From the NCBI GenBank assembly GCA_934613415.1, contig CAKTSY010000002.1, forward strand, positions 60,001-92,000: a DNA stretch of 32,000 nt, read 5' to 3'. Positions 14,139-23,756 of the stretch are shown here, piece by piece. The position numbers and the translations under genes were made by a program. The stretch's first letter is position 1. The number at the start of each line of letters is the position of its first letter. The notes under the pieces were generated by a model. It was not told the DNA's origin, did not search any database, and worked only from the letters and a program-made list of their open reading frames with translations. The stretch is from an uncultured Opitutales bacterium (GTDB lineage: Bacteria; Verrucomicrobiota; Verrucomicrobiia; Opitutales; Intestinicryptomonadaceae).

Positions 14139-16373
14139 TTGAAAATTTGCGAATTTGACGATTACAATCGTGCCGTGATTATCAATGAAGCAGAATTAAA
14201 TTCTTTCTTAACGGCTCAAAACGGCAAGCCTTTCGATTTGCTTGGTATGCACAAGTGCAAAGGCGGGCTTGTTGTTAGGGCGTATTTAATAAATGCGCAG
14301 TCGGCAGAGTTGCTTGATATGCGCACGGGCAAGTGCACGCCAATGCAAAAGCTAGACAATTCTGGCTTTTACGAACTTTTTTTGCCGCGTTTAAGAAAGC
14401 CGTTTGCGTATAAATTTAAGGTAAAGTCGTATACGGGGCAAATTTCTGAGGTGTACGACCCATATTCTTTTGCCCCCACAATTAGCGAGAACGACTTGTA
14501 TTTATTCGGCATGGGTGACAACCACAAGGTGTACGAGCATTTGGGTTCGCACCTGTGCAGCATAGACGGCGTTTCGGGCACAAGCTTTGCCGTGTGGGCG
14601 CCAAACGCGCGCAAAGTTAGCGTTGTGGGCGACTTTAACGAGCACGACGGCCGCTACCACCCAATGCGTATGCTGGGCAATTCGGGCGTGTGGGAAATTT
14701 TCATACCCAACGTAAAGGCCGGCGCAAAATATAAGTACGAAATTTTGGGCGAATTTTCGCCTACGCCCTTTTTAAAGACCGACCCCTATGCCGTAAGCTT
14801 CGAGCCGCAGCCCTACAACAGCGCAATTGTTTGCGATTTAACAACCTACAAGTGGGGCGACGACAAGTGGCTGCTAAAACGCCAAAATAGCGATTTAAAA
14901 AAACTGCCACTTTCCATATACGAGGTGCATTTAGGCTCGTGGCTAAGAAATGCAAAAGACGGCGGCAGGTGCCTTACCTACAAAGAGCTTGCGCCCCTTT
15001 TGGCGGCCTACTGCAAAAAGATGAATTTTACGCACATAGAGCTTATGCCAATTACCGAATATCCCTTCGACGGCTCGTGGGGCTATCAGGTAACGGGCTT
15101 TTTTGCGCCGACATACCGCTACGGAAGCCCTCAAGACTTTATGTATTTTATAGACTATATGCACGGGCAAAACATTGGCGTTATAGTCGACTGGGTTCCC
15201 GCGCACTTCCCAAAAGATTCTTTTGCGCTTGCGCGATTCGACGGAACGTGTTTGTACGAGCACCAAGATCCGCGCTTGGGCGAGCACAAAGAGTGGGGTA
15301 CTCTTTGCTTTAACTACGGCCGCAACGAGGTTAAAAACTTTTTGATAAGCAGCGCGCTTGCCCTTATAGACCGCTTCCATATAGACGGCCTTAGGGTAGA
15401 CGCTGTTGCCTCTATGCTGTATTTAGACTACGCCAGAAACGACGGCGAGTGGATACCCAACAAATACGGCTCGAACGAAAACATAGAGGCAATAGAGTTT
15501 ATAAAGGCGATGAACGCGATTGTGCACACCTACTTTAAGGGTGTTGTTACCATTGCGGAAGAAAGCACCGCCTTTTTGGGGCTTACAAAACCCGTAAAAG
15601 AGGGCGGCATGGGCTTCGATTTTAAATGGGATATGGGTTGGATGCACGACACATTAAGCTATTTAAAGGAAGACCCCATAAACCGCAAATACCACCACAA
15701 CAGGCTTACGTTCCCCGCCATTTACCAGTTTAGCGAAAACTATGTTTTGGTATATTCGCACGACGAAGTTGTGCATGGCAAAAGCTCGATGATAAACAAA
15801 ATGGGTTCGCCCTATTGGCCCGACAAGGCGGCAACTTTGCGCGCGCTATACGCCTATATGTGGCTGTGGCCGGGCAAAAAAACGCTGTTTATGGGCAACG
15901 AATTCGGGCAAAGCCACGAATGGCGGTACGACGCTTCGCTTGACTGGAATTTGCTAGACTACAAAGACCATTCGGGCATTAAAGACGTTGTCCGCGATGT
16001 TGCGGCATTGTATGCCAAAGAGCCCGCCATATACGAGGGCGATTTAGACTATAAATGCTTTAAGTGGATAAATTGCGACGACGGCTTTAACAGCGTAATT
16101 TCGTTTTTAAGGTTTTCGCCCGACGGCAAAAAAGCCTTTGCTATTGTTTGCAACTTTACGCCAATAGAGCGTTCGAAATACCCCATAGGCCTGCCTTTCG
16201 GCGGCAAGTGGAAGGAAGTTATAAACACAAATTCGGCAGACTACGGCGGGCAAAACATAGGCAACAAAGGCGAGATATTTGCCGACAAAAAACGCTACGG
16301 CGAATTTGAATATACAGCAACGGTTGTTGCCCCCCCACTTTCGACCGTGGTTTTCGAATATTCGGAAGAATAG
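14139..16373 (+). CDS. glgB: 1,4-alpha-glucan branching enzyme
   Basis: 744-aa ORF with the N-terminal PFDLLGMH, the CBM48-like FAVWAPNARKVSVVGDFNEHDG, and GH13 catalytic motifs GVIVDWVPAHF, DGLRVDAVASMLY, TIAEEST and YSHDEVVHGK. The start is uncertain (TTG 14139 or GTG 14175; there is no upstream ATG). Confidence 0.9.
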   Translation: MKICEFDDYNRAVIINEAELNSFLTAQNGKPFDLLGMHKCKGGLVVRAYLINAQSAELLDMRTGKCTPMQKLDNSGFYELFLPRLRKPFAYKFKVKSYTGQISEVYDPYSFAPTISENDLYLFGMGDNHKVYEHLGSHLCSIDGVSGTSFAVWAPNARKVSVVGDFNEHDGRYHPMRMLGNSGVWEIFIPNVKAGAKYKYEILGEFSPTPFLKTDPYAVSFEPQPYNSAIVCDLTTYKWGDDKWLLKRQNSDLKKLPLSIYEVHLGSWLRNAKDGGRCLTYKELAPLLAAYCKKMNFTHIELMPITEYPFDGSWGYQVTGFFAPTYRYGSPQDFMYFIDYMHGQNIGVIVDWVPAHFPKDSFALARFDGTCLYEHQDPRLGEHKEWGTLCFNYGRNEVKNFLISSALALIDRFHIDGLRVDAVASMLYLDYARNDGEWIPNKYGSNENIEAIEFIKAMNAIVHTYFKGVVTIAEESTAFLGLTKPVKEGGMGFDFKWDMGWMHDTLSYLKEDPINRKYHHNRLTFPAIYQFSENYVLVYSHDEVVHGKSSMINKMGSPYWPDKAATLRALYAYMWLWPGKKTLFMGNEFGQSHEWRYDASLDWNLLDYKDHSGIKDVVRDVAALYAKEPAIYEGDLDYKCFKWINCDDGFNSVISFLRFSPDGKKAFAIVCNFTPIERSKYPIGLPFGGKWKEVINTNSADYGGQNIGNKGEIFADKKRYGEFEYTATVVAPPLSTVVFEYSEE

Positions 16374-16386
16374 TTAAAAATCAAAA

Positions 16387-16416
16387 ACGGGCGCGAAAAT
16401 TAGCGTCCGTTTTTTT
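16387..16416 (+). terminator. Rho-independent terminator after glgB
   Basis: acgggcgc (16387-16394) pairs with gcgtccgt (16403-16410) including one G-U pair, followed by T6 at 16411-16416. Confidence 0.7.
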
Positions 16417-16533
16417 GCAGGTATTTGTAAAGGCTTTTTAGCCGGTCTTGTTGTAGGCATAAAGCAGAATATTTCGCTTTTTGCTCGCTTTTCTTTCTAT
16501 ATAAGGCAAATATTAAACGACAAACTCAAATAT

Positions 16534-17871
16534 ATGGACGCCGTTAATTTAATTTTGCTTTCGGGAGGGTCGGGCACAAGGCTTTGGCCGCTGTCTAATG
16601 GCGTGCGCTCGAAGCAGTTTTTAAGGCTGCTAAAAGCCCCCAACGGCGAAAGCGAATCTATGGCGCAGCGCATAGTGCGCCAAATAGGCGAATCGAAACT
16701 AAACTGCAATTTGTATGTTGCAACAAATACCGCCCAGAAAGACTGCATAGAAGACCAAATTGGCGGCAAAATTTCGGGCGTTATTACCGAGCCTGAAAGG
16801 CGCGACACTTTTCCCGCCATTGCGCTTGCAGTTGAATATCTTTTGCGCGAAAAAAATTTAAGCGAAAGCGATGTTGCCGTTGTAATGCCTATAGACCCTT
16901 ATACGGAGTCGGGCTACTTTTCGGTTGTGGAAAAAATGGCGCAATACGCAAAAAAAGGCGGTGCCGACTTGGTTTTAATGGGCATTAAGCCCAAATTTGC
17001 CTCGCAAAAATTCGGCTATATTGTGCCCGAGAAACCCCAAAAAAACGGCGCGTTTAAAGTTTTGCGCTTTGCCGAAAAGCCCGACGAGAAAACCGCCCAA
17101 GCCCTGATAGACGACGGCGCGTTTTGGAACGGCGGCGTTTTTGCATTTAAGCTTGGCTACATAAAAAACATTGCCGAAAAATATGTAAAAACTGCAAAGT
17201 CTTTTGGTGAATTTTGCATGCGCTACAACGAGCTGCCAAAGATAAGCTTCGACTACGAAGTTGCCGAAACCGCGCAAAACGTTGCAATGATTGGTTTTGA
17301 CGGGCAGTGGAAAGACCTTGGCACATGGAATACTCTGTGCGGCGAAATGTCGGAGAATATTTTGGGCAATGCCGTATGCGACGGCAATGTCGAAAACTCG
17401 CACATAATAAACGAGTTGGGAATACCCGTTGTTTGCTTGGGGCTTAAAAACACGGTTGTTGCCGCAGCCTACGACGGAATTTTGGTTGCCGAAAAAGACT
17501 CGGTTGTAAACCTAAAAGAATATGCCGAAAGCGTTAAAACGCGGCCTATGTACGAGCGCAGAATTTGGGGCGAATACGCGGTTTTAAACTGCGGCGAGCA
17601 CTCGAGCAAAAAGTCGCTTACAAAACTTTTAAAGATAGCAAAAGGCTCGCAAATTAGCTACCACAGGCACAATCACAGAACCGAGGTTTGGACTTGTGTA
17701 GACGGCACAGGCACAGTTGTTGTAGACGGCGCGGCGCGCGAAATATCGGCTGGTGACACCGTAAAACTTGAAAGGGGCGTTTTGCACTCTATTGCCGCAA
17801 AAGCTCCGCTAACCGTAATAGAAGTTCAGCTTGGCGACATTTTAAGCGAAGACGACATTCAAAGAATTTAA
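16534..17871 (+). CDS. manC: Mannose-1-phosphate guanylyltransferase with C-terminal cupin (type II PMI-like) domain
   Basis: N-terminal [14 protein letters not shown] nucleotidyltransferase motif; C-terminal cupin [25 protein letters not shown]. It lies upstream of gmd and fcl. Confidence 0.85.
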   Translation: MDAVNLILLSGGSGTRLWPLSNGVRSKQFLRLLKAPNGESESMAQRIVRQIGESKLNCNLYVATNTAQKDCIEDQIGGKISGVITEPERRDTFPAIALAVEYLLREKNLSESDVAVVMPIDPYTESGYFSVVEKMAQYAKKGGADLVLMGIKPKFASQKFGYIVPEKPQKNGAFKVLRFAEKPDEKTAQALIDDGAFWNGGVFAFKLGYIKNIAEKYVKTAKSFGEFCMRYNELPKISFDYEVAETAQNVAMIGFDGQWKDLGTWNTLCGEMSENILGNAVCDGNVENSHIINELGIPVVCLGLKNTVVAAAYDGILVAEKDSVVNLKEYAESVKTRPMYERRIWGEYAVLNCGEHSSKKSLTKLLKIAKGSQISYHRHNHRTEVWTCVDGTGTVVVDGAAREISAGDTVKLERGVLHSIAAKAPLTVIEVQLGDILSEDDIQRI

Positions 17872-17885
17872 ACAAAAAAACATAT

Positions 17886-18947
17886 ATGGAAAACACCAAT
17901 AAAATAGCGTTAATTACGGGTATTACGGGTCAGGACGGCTCGTATCTTACCGAGTTGTTGTTGCAAAAAGGCTATACCGTTCACGGCATAATACGCAGGT
18001 CTAGCTCGTTTAACACGCAAAGAATAGACCATATTTACAACGACAAAAGCTTTTCGGGTAGGTTCTTTTTGCACTATGGCGACCTTACCGATTCTAGCAA
18101 CCTTAACCGCATACTCGAAAAAACTTCGCCCGACGAAATCTACAACTTGGGCGCGCAAAGCCACGTTAAGGTAAGCTTTGAAGTTCCAGAATATACGGCA
18201 GATGTAGATGCCATTGCAACATTGCGCTTTTTGGACGCAATTAAAGACGTAGGCCTTGTAAAGAAAACCAAGTTTTATCAGGCGTCTACTTCCGAGCTTT
18301 TCGGCAAAGTGCAGGAAATTCCCCAAAAGGAAACAACGCCGTTTTACCCGCGCAGCCCCTACGCGGTTGCAAAGCAGTATGCCTACTGGATTGTTATAAA
18401 CTACCGCGAAGCCTACAATATTTTCGCGTCGAACGGCATTTTGTTTAACCACGAAAGCGAAAGGCGCGGCGAGACTTTTGTAACCCGAAAAATTACAAGG
18501 GCGGCAGGCAGAATAAAGCTTGGCTTGCAGGACAAACTTGTTTTGGGCAATATGGACTCCAAGCGCGACTGGGGCTATGCTCCCGAATATGTAGAGGGCA
18601 TGTGGCGCATACTTCAGGCCGAAAAGCCGTCGGAATATGTTTTGGCTACAAACGAAACACACACGGTAAGGGAATTTGTGCAGTTGGCGTTTGCCCGCCT
18701 TGGAATGGATATAGACTGGCAGGGCTCTGCCGAAAACGAAAAGGGCATATGCAGGCAAACTGGCAAGGTTGTTGTAGAAGTTTCGCCCAGATACTACAGG
18801 CCCACCGAAGTAGACTTTTTGTTGGGAGACCCCGCAAAGGCCAAAAAAGAGCTTGGTTGGGCACCCCAAACAACGTTTAAAAAGCTTGTTGAAATTATGA
18901 CCGACAGCGACTTTAAACTGGCGCAAACCGAAGCGAAATTAAAATAG
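17886..18947 (+). CDS. gmd: GDP-mannose 4,6-dehydratase
   Basis: [44 protein letters not shown] together with [10 protein letters not shown] and [20 protein letters not shown] are hallmark Gmd sequences. Confidence 0.95.
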   Translation: MENTNKIALITGITGQDGSYLTELLLQKGYTVHGIIRRSSSFNTQRIDHIYNDKSFSGRFFLHYGDLTDSSNLNRILEKTSPDEIYNLGAQSHVKVSFEVPEYTADVDAIATLRFLDAIKDVGLVKKTKFYQASTSELFGKVQEIPQKETTPFYPRSPYAVAKQYAYWIVINYREAYNIFASNGILFNHESERRGETFVTRKITRAAGRIKLGLQDKLVLGNMDSKRDWGYAPEYVEGMWRILQAEKPSEYVLATNETHTVREFVQLAFARLGMDIDWQGSAENEKGICRQTGKVVVEVSPRYYRPTEVDFLLGDPAKAKKELGWAPQTTFKKLVEIMTDSDFKLAQTEAKLK

Positions 18948-19895
18948 ATGAAAAAAAGCGATAAGATTTTTATTGCAGGCCACAACGGAATGGTTGGCGG
19001 TGCAATTTTAAGGGCGTTAAAAAACGGCGGCTACGGCAACTTTGCGCTTAAATCGCATAAAGAGCTAGATTTAACCGACCAGCAAAAAACGGAGGGATTT
19101 TTCCTTGCCGAAAAGCCCGATGTTGCGGTTATTGCGGCGGCAAAAGTAGGCGGCATTTACGCAAATGCAACGTATCCCGCCGAATTTATAGAAATAAATT
19201 TGGCAATTGCGCTAAACACAATACGCGCGGCAAAAAAGGCAGGCGTTAAACGCCTACTTTATTTGGGGAGCACCTGCATATATCCTAGAATGGCGCCCCA
19301 GCCCATTCCCGAAAGCGCGCTGCTTACAAGCGAGCTTGAAAAGACAAACGAAGCCTATGCAATAGCCAAAATTGCGGGGTTAAAGCTTTGCGAATTTTTC
19401 CGCAAGCAATACGGGCTTTGCTACCACAGCGCAATGCCCACCAATCTTTACGGCCCCGGCGACAACTACCACGAAAAAAATTCGCACGTTTTACCCGCCT
19501 TAATACGCCGCTTTCACGAAGCCGCAAAGAGGGGCGACAAAGAGGTTGTTTTGTGGGGCACAGGCAAACCCCTGCGCGAATTTTTGCATGTAGACGACTT
19601 GGCTTCCGCATGCGTGCATTTGCTTGAAATAGACAACCCGCCCGACTTGGTAAACTTGGGCAGCAACGAAGAGGTTTCTATTGGCGAGCTTGCCGAAATT
19701 GTTGCCGACACCGTCGGCTTTAAAGGCAAGATTGTGCACGACACAACCAAGCCCGACGGCACGCCGCGCAAGCTGTGCGATACAACATTGTTGCGCTCTT
19801 TGGGCTGGAAGCCAAAATACGACATACGCTCGGGCGTTAAGGCAACCTACAAAAACTTTTTGGACGAGCTTGAAAAAGGCACAATAAGAATGTAG
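18948..19895 (+). CDS. fcl: GDP-L-fucose synthase (GDP-4-keto-6-deoxy-D-mannose 3,5-epimerase/4-reductase)
   Basis: [38 protein letters not shown] and [10 protein letters not shown]. The start abuts the gmd stop codon. Confidence 0.92.
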   Translation: MKKSDKIFIAGHNGMVGGAILRALKNGGYGNFALKSHKELDLTDQQKTEGFFLAEKPDVAVIAAAKVGGIYANATYPAEFIEINLAIALNTIRAAKKAGVKRLLYLGSTCIYPRMAPQPIPESALLTSELEKTNEAYAIAKIAGLKLCEFFRKQYGLCYHSAMPTNLYGPGDNYHEKNSHVLPALIRRFHEAAKRGDKEVVLWGTGKPLREFLHVDDLASACVHLLEIDNPPDLVNLGSNEEVSIGELAEIVADTVGFKGKIVHDTTKPDGTPRKLCDTTLLRSLGWKPKYDIRSGVKATYKNFLDELEKGTIRM

Positions 19896-19930
19896 AGAAA
19901 AGCTTTTTTGCCGACATAGAAAACAAACAA

Positions 19931-19959
19931 AAACCGCCGTTTAACTCGGCGGTTTTTTG
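19931..19959. terminator. Bidirectional terminator between the convergent fcl and fnlC genes
   Basis: aaaaccgccg / cggcggtttt hairpin with loop tttaact. An A-run precedes it and a T6-run follows. Confidence 0.8.
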
Positions 19960-19984
19960 TCGTTTGCTTTGGCTGCTATGCGCG

Positions 19985-21124
19985 CTATTTTTTGTCTATG
20001 CCGTACCAGCGTGCTGCCAGTTTTGCCGTGCCCATAATAAGCTTTAGCACGCGCCACGAAGTGTTTTGCACGGTGTAGTCGGGGCATATTTTTTTGTAGC
20101 CGCCGTTTTGGGCAAATTCGTCTATAACAAGCTCTATGCTGTCTAGAACCGTTTGCTTGTCTAGCCCGGTAAGCACTATTGTGCCGGCGTCCATAGCCTC
20201 GGGGCGTTCCAAAGCCTGCCTTATTGTTATTGCCGGGAAGTTTAGCATGCTAGATTCTTCGCTTATTGTGCCCGAGTCGGAAATTGCGCATTTTGCGTTC
20301 ATTTGCAGTGCGTTGTAGTCGAAAAACCCGAAGGGTTTAAGCCACTGTATGCGTTTGTCTATAACGGCGTTTTCAAGGGCTTCTATGCACTTGCGCGTGC
20401 GCGGGTGCGCCGAAACAATAACGGGCATATCATACTTTTGTGCCACGGCGTTTAAAATGTCTATTATTTTAAGCAGGTTTTCGGGCAAATCTACATTCTC
20501 TTGCCTATGGCAACTTACAATAAAATAACCGTTCTTTTTAAGCCCAAGTTTTTCAAGAATGTCAGAGCTTTTAATTTTTTGCATATTGTCGTTTAACACT
20601 TCGAACATGGGCGAGCCCGTAAGGTAAACGCAGCGGTGGGGCAACCCTTCCGCCAAAAGGTGGCGGCGCGAATTTTCGGTATACACCAAATTAAAGTCTG
20701 CAATATGGTCTATAATGCGGCGGTTTATTTCTTCGGGCACATTAAAGTCGAACGAGCGGTTGCCTGCCTCCATATGGTAGATTGGAATTTGCATTCTCTT
20801 TGCCATAATGCCAGCAATGGCGGCGTTTGTGTCGCCCAAAATAAGCACGGCGTCGGGCTTTTCGTCTATGAAAACCTTTTCGATTTTTGTAAGGGTTTCG
20901 CCCAAAACGTGCCCAAGCGACGAGGTATCTACCGAAAGGTAATAGTCTGGGTCGCGTAGGCCAAGCTCTTCGAAGAATATGCGGTTTAGCTCGTAGTCGT
21001 AGTTTTGCCCCGTGTGCACAAGCTTGTGGTTTAGGTGCTTGTCTAGCAGCTTCATTACTGCCGAAAGTCTTATTATTTCGGGGCGCGTTCCAACAATGGT
21101 TAAAACTTTTAAATTAGATTTCAT
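19985..21124 (-). CDS. fnlC: UDP-N-acetylglucosamine 2-epimerase family, non-hydrolysing (FnlC/Cap5G/WbjD type)
   Basis: LTIVGTRPEIIRLS, HTGQNYDYELN, ILGDTN and HMEAGNRSFDFNVPEEINRRIIDH closely match my recollection of Cap5G-type epimerases. It is the last gene of the fnlA-...-fnlB-fnlC string. Confidence 0.85.
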   Translation of the reverse strand: MKSNLKVLTIVGTRPEIIRLSAVMKLLDKHLNHKLVHTGQNYDYELNRIFFEELGLRDPDYYLSVDTSSLGHVLGETLTKIEKVFIDEKPDAVLILGDTNAAIAGIMAKRMQIPIYHMEAGNRSFDFNVPEEINRRIIDHIADFNLVYTENSRRHLLAEGLPHRCVYLTGSPMFEVLNDNMQKIKSSDILEKLGLKKNGYFIVSCHRQENVDLPENLLKIIDILNAVAQKYDMPVIVSAHPRTRKCIEALENAVIDKRIQWLKPFGFFDYNALQMNAKCAISDSGTISEESSMLNFPAITIRQALERPEAMDAGTIVLTGLDKQTVLDSIELVIDEFAQNGGYKKICPDYTVQNTSWRVLKLIMGTAKLAARWYGIDKK

Positions 21125-21127
21125 TTC

Positions 21128-22258
21128 TTAAACCTTTTCAAAGAATGTGTCGGGGTCGGTAGGGTCGAAAAATTCGTTTATCCAAAACAAGGTGTAAAGC
21201 TCTTCGGTGCCTATGTTTGTTATGTTGTGCGTATACCAAACCGGCATATCAACAAAAGACGGGGTTTTGCCGTCTAAAACAAAAGAATGCGTTTTGTTGC
21301 TACCTATGCGGCGAAGCTCTATTTTTGCCCTGCCTTTTATAACCGCAAAACGCTCTATTTTTCGCGTGTGGTAGTGGTTGCCGCGCGTTATGTTTTGCGC
21401 GGTTGTAGAAAAAGAAAATTGGCCGCAGCCGCCGTTTTGTTTTACGGTTTCAACAAAAACGCCGCGGTTGTCGCTATTGCATTTAAGCGCAAATGGAAAG
21501 AATTTTTCGGGTTCTATGTACGAGCGGAAAGTGTTAAAAAGCTTAACCGAAAAGCTATCGCTTAAGTCGGGAAAAATTCCGTTTTGCAGATATTGGCTTT
21601 TAAAGCCCTCAAAAATATCTAGCAGCTGCGAGACTTTTAAATGCGCGTTTGCCTGTATTGCAAGGCAGCCGTTGTTTGTGCGGTTTTCTATGTGTTTTAT
21701 AATTTCTTTGCACAAGTTTCCCACATATATAAGCGGCAGCTCGGCGTCGGTTTTTATTTCGGGCGTTTCGTTATGCGTAAGCTTGTGGCAAAAGGTTGCA
21801 ACAACCGAGTTGTAGTTTGGCCTGCAAAAGGGGCCGAACACATTGGGTATTATGCAGCCGGTAAATGCGCGCTTTTCGCATTCGGCAGCCCAGTCGCAAA
21901 ACATTTTGCGGCAGGCGGCTTTGCTTTGGCCGTAAAGATTGTCTTTGGTCTCCTGCGTAGAGCTCGAAAAAATTATGTGCAAATTGTCGTTCGCTTTTTT
22001 TGCGGCGTCTATAAGGCTTTTTGCAAGCGATATGTTTTTATCGTGCAATTCCTGCATATTCTGGCAGCGGTTGATTCCCGCCAAGTGCACAATGTAGTCG
22101 CACTTTCCCGCAAAATCTTCAAGTTGGGTTGGGTTTAAAAAATATTCGCGCGAAAATTCCACGCGTTCGAAGCGTTCGGGCATTGTTCCCAAAAGGTTGT
22201 ATAGCCAGCCGCCTATAAACCCGTTTTGCCCCGTAATGCCAACTTTTATTTTTTGCAT
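21128..22258 (-). CDS. fnlB: CapF/FnlB/WbjC-type bifunctional SDR reductase + cupin epimerase
   Basis: N-terminal Rossmann motif KVGITGQNGFIGG. The C-terminal cupin RGNHYHTRKIERFAVIKGRAKIEL...WYTHNITNIG...PDTF is typical of CapF. Confidence 0.85.
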   Translation of the reverse strand: MQKIKVGITGQNGFIGGWLYNLLGTMPERFERVEFSREYFLNPTQLEDFAGKCDYIVHLAGINRCQNMQELHDKNISLAKSLIDAAKKANDNLHIIFSSSTQETKDNLYGQSKAACRKMFCDWAAECEKRAFTGCIIPNVFGPFCRPNYNSVVATFCHKLTHNETPEIKTDAELPLIYVGNLCKEIIKHIENRTNNGCLAIQANAHLKVSQLLDIFEGFKSQYLQNGIFPDLSDSFSVKLFNTFRSYIEPEKFFPFALKCNSDNRGVFVETVKQNGGCGQFSFSTTAQNITRGNHYHTRKIERFAVIKGRAKIELRRIGSNKTHSFVLDGKTPSFVDMPVWYTHNITNIGTEELYTLFWINEFFDPTDPDTFFEKV

Positions 22259-22259
22259 T

Positions 22260-22688
22260 TTATATAGTCCAAGTTTGCGGCGGATACTTTATTTGTTCGC
22301 CTAAGGCCTCGTTTAATGTCTTTTCTGAAAGCACCAAAATTTGCGCGTGTTCGCCTTCGGTTTTTATGCAGTTTGCGTAGCCTTTGGGTACGCATAAAAT
22401 CTGGCTTTTTTTTCCGCTTAGCAAATAGCAAAAAACCTGCAAATTCTTAGACGGGTTTTGCCAGTTGTCTACCTTAACAAGCCCTATTTTTGCTTTGCCC
22501 GACAGGCAAAAGAACCACTTTTTCTCGTCTTTATGCCCGTTCCAATTCCTTGTTATGTTCGGGTTTTGATCTATAACATAAAGCCTTTTTTGCTCTCCCA
22601 AAACAAACGAATTCAACGCCGAAACGCTTCCCCTTTCGTCGGTAAAAATTTCGCCGTCTATAAGTTCGGGTTGGCTCATTTTGCGCAA
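22260..22688 (-). CDS. Small cupin protein (WxcM/FdtA-like sugar 3,4-ketoisomerase or epimerase fold)
   Basis: 142 aa with FTDERGSVS...NWNGHKDEKKWFFCLSGKAKIGLV...LCVPKGYANC, a cupin pattern. It overlaps the fnlA 3-prime end by 13 nt and ends 1 nt before the fnlB start. Confidence 0.6.
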   Translation of the reverse strand: MRKMSQPELIDGEIFTDERGSVSALNSFVLGEQKRLYVIDQNPNITRNWNGHKDEKKWFFCLSGKAKIGLVKVDNWQNPSKNLQVFCYLLSGKKSQILCVPKGYANCIKTEGEHAQILVLSEKTLNEALGEQIKYPPQTWTI

Positions 22689-23692
22689 ACGTCGTTTCTT
22701 ACCATATCAAGCTTAAGCAAAAGTTTCTTCATTTCGTCTACGCTTAAAAGCTCGGTGTTTTCCGAATTGTAGGTTTCAACTTCGTTGATTTTTTCGGAGC
22801 CTTCGGTGAAATATTTGTCGTAGTTTAAGTCGCGCGTGTCGCAAGGGATTCTATAGTAGTTGCCCATATCTACGGCTTTTGCCATTTCCTCTTGCGTTAC
22901 CAAAGTTTCGTAAAGTTTTTCGCCGTGGCGCGTGCCTATAATGTTTACGGGGCTGTTCGAGTTGTAAAGCTCTTTTAAAGCCTGCGCTAAAACCTCTAGC
23001 GTAGCCGAAGGGGCTTTTTGCACAAACAAATCGCCGTTTTGGGCGTGTTCGAAAGCGAAAATAACAAGGTCTACGGCGTCTTCAAGCGTCATCATAAAGC
23101 GCGTCATTTTCGGGTTTGTAAGGGTTATTGGGGCCTTGCGCTTAATTTGGTCTATCCAAAGCGGAATTACCGACCCGCGCGACGCCATAACGTTGCCGTA
23201 CCTTGTGCACGAAATTATTGTTTTTGCGTTTTCACCCAAAGCTCTGCCTTTTGCAATGGCAACCTTTTCCATCATGGCCTTCGAAATTCCCATTGCGTTT
23301 ATGGGGTAGGCCGCCTTGTCGGTGGAAAGAACAACAACGTTTTTCACCCCGTGCGCTATTGCAGAATCCAAAACATTGTCGGTGCCTATAACGTTTGTTC
23401 TTACCGCCTGCATGGGAAAAAATTCGCAGCTTGGCACCTGCTTTAATGCCGCCGCCGAAAATATGTAGTCTACGCCGTCCATCGCGTTGTCTACGCTTTG
23501 GCGGTCGCGAACGTCGCCTATATAAAACTTAACTTTGGGGTTTTGCAAAGCGTGGCGCATATCGTCCTGCTTTTTTTCGTCGCGGCTAAAAATGCGTATT
23601 TCGCCGAAGTCGGAGTTTAACATTCTCTTTAAAACGGCGTTGCCGAAAGAGCCCGTGCCGCCTGTTATAAGTAAGGTTTTATTTTTGAACAT
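22676..23692 (-). CDS. fnlA: UDP-GlcNAc 4,6-dehydratase/5-epimerase (FnlA/Cap5E/WbjB type)
   Basis: LLITGGTGSFGNAVLKRML, IRIFSRDEKKQDD, AAALKQVPSCEFFP, LSTDKAAYPINAMGISKAMMEK, RYGNVMASRGSVIPL and IGTRHGEK are near-identical to my recollection of Cap5E. Confidence 0.9.
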   Translation of the reverse strand: MFKNKTLLITGGTGSFGNAVLKRMLNSDFGEIRIFSRDEKKQDDMRHALQNPKVKFYIGDVRDRQSVDNAMDGVDYIFSAAALKQVPSCEFFPMQAVRTNVIGTDNVLDSAIAHGVKNVVVLSTDKAAYPINAMGISKAMMEKVAIAKGRALGENAKTIISCTRYGNVMASRGSVIPLWIDQIKRKAPITLTNPKMTRFMMTLEDAVDLVIFAFEHAQNGDLFVQKAPSATLEVLAQALKELYNSNSPVNIIGTRHGEKLYETLVTQEEMAKAVDMGNYYRIPCDTRDLNYDKYFTEGSEKINEVETYNSENTELLSVDEMKKLLLKLDMVRNDVCAK

Positions 23693-23756
23693 TGTAGTAA
23701 GTTAAGCGTGTGTCGATATGTTAAAGATTTCCCTATTTAGGCGTGTTCGTCAAGGG

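Noticed and set aside
17910-18926. 338-aa ORF antisense to gmd
   Set aside because: It lies entirely within, and opposite to, an unmistakable GDP-mannose 4,6-dehydratase gene. Its translation is low-complexity (Arg/Phe/Lys/Val-rich) with no recognisable motifs, so it is a typical shadow ORF.
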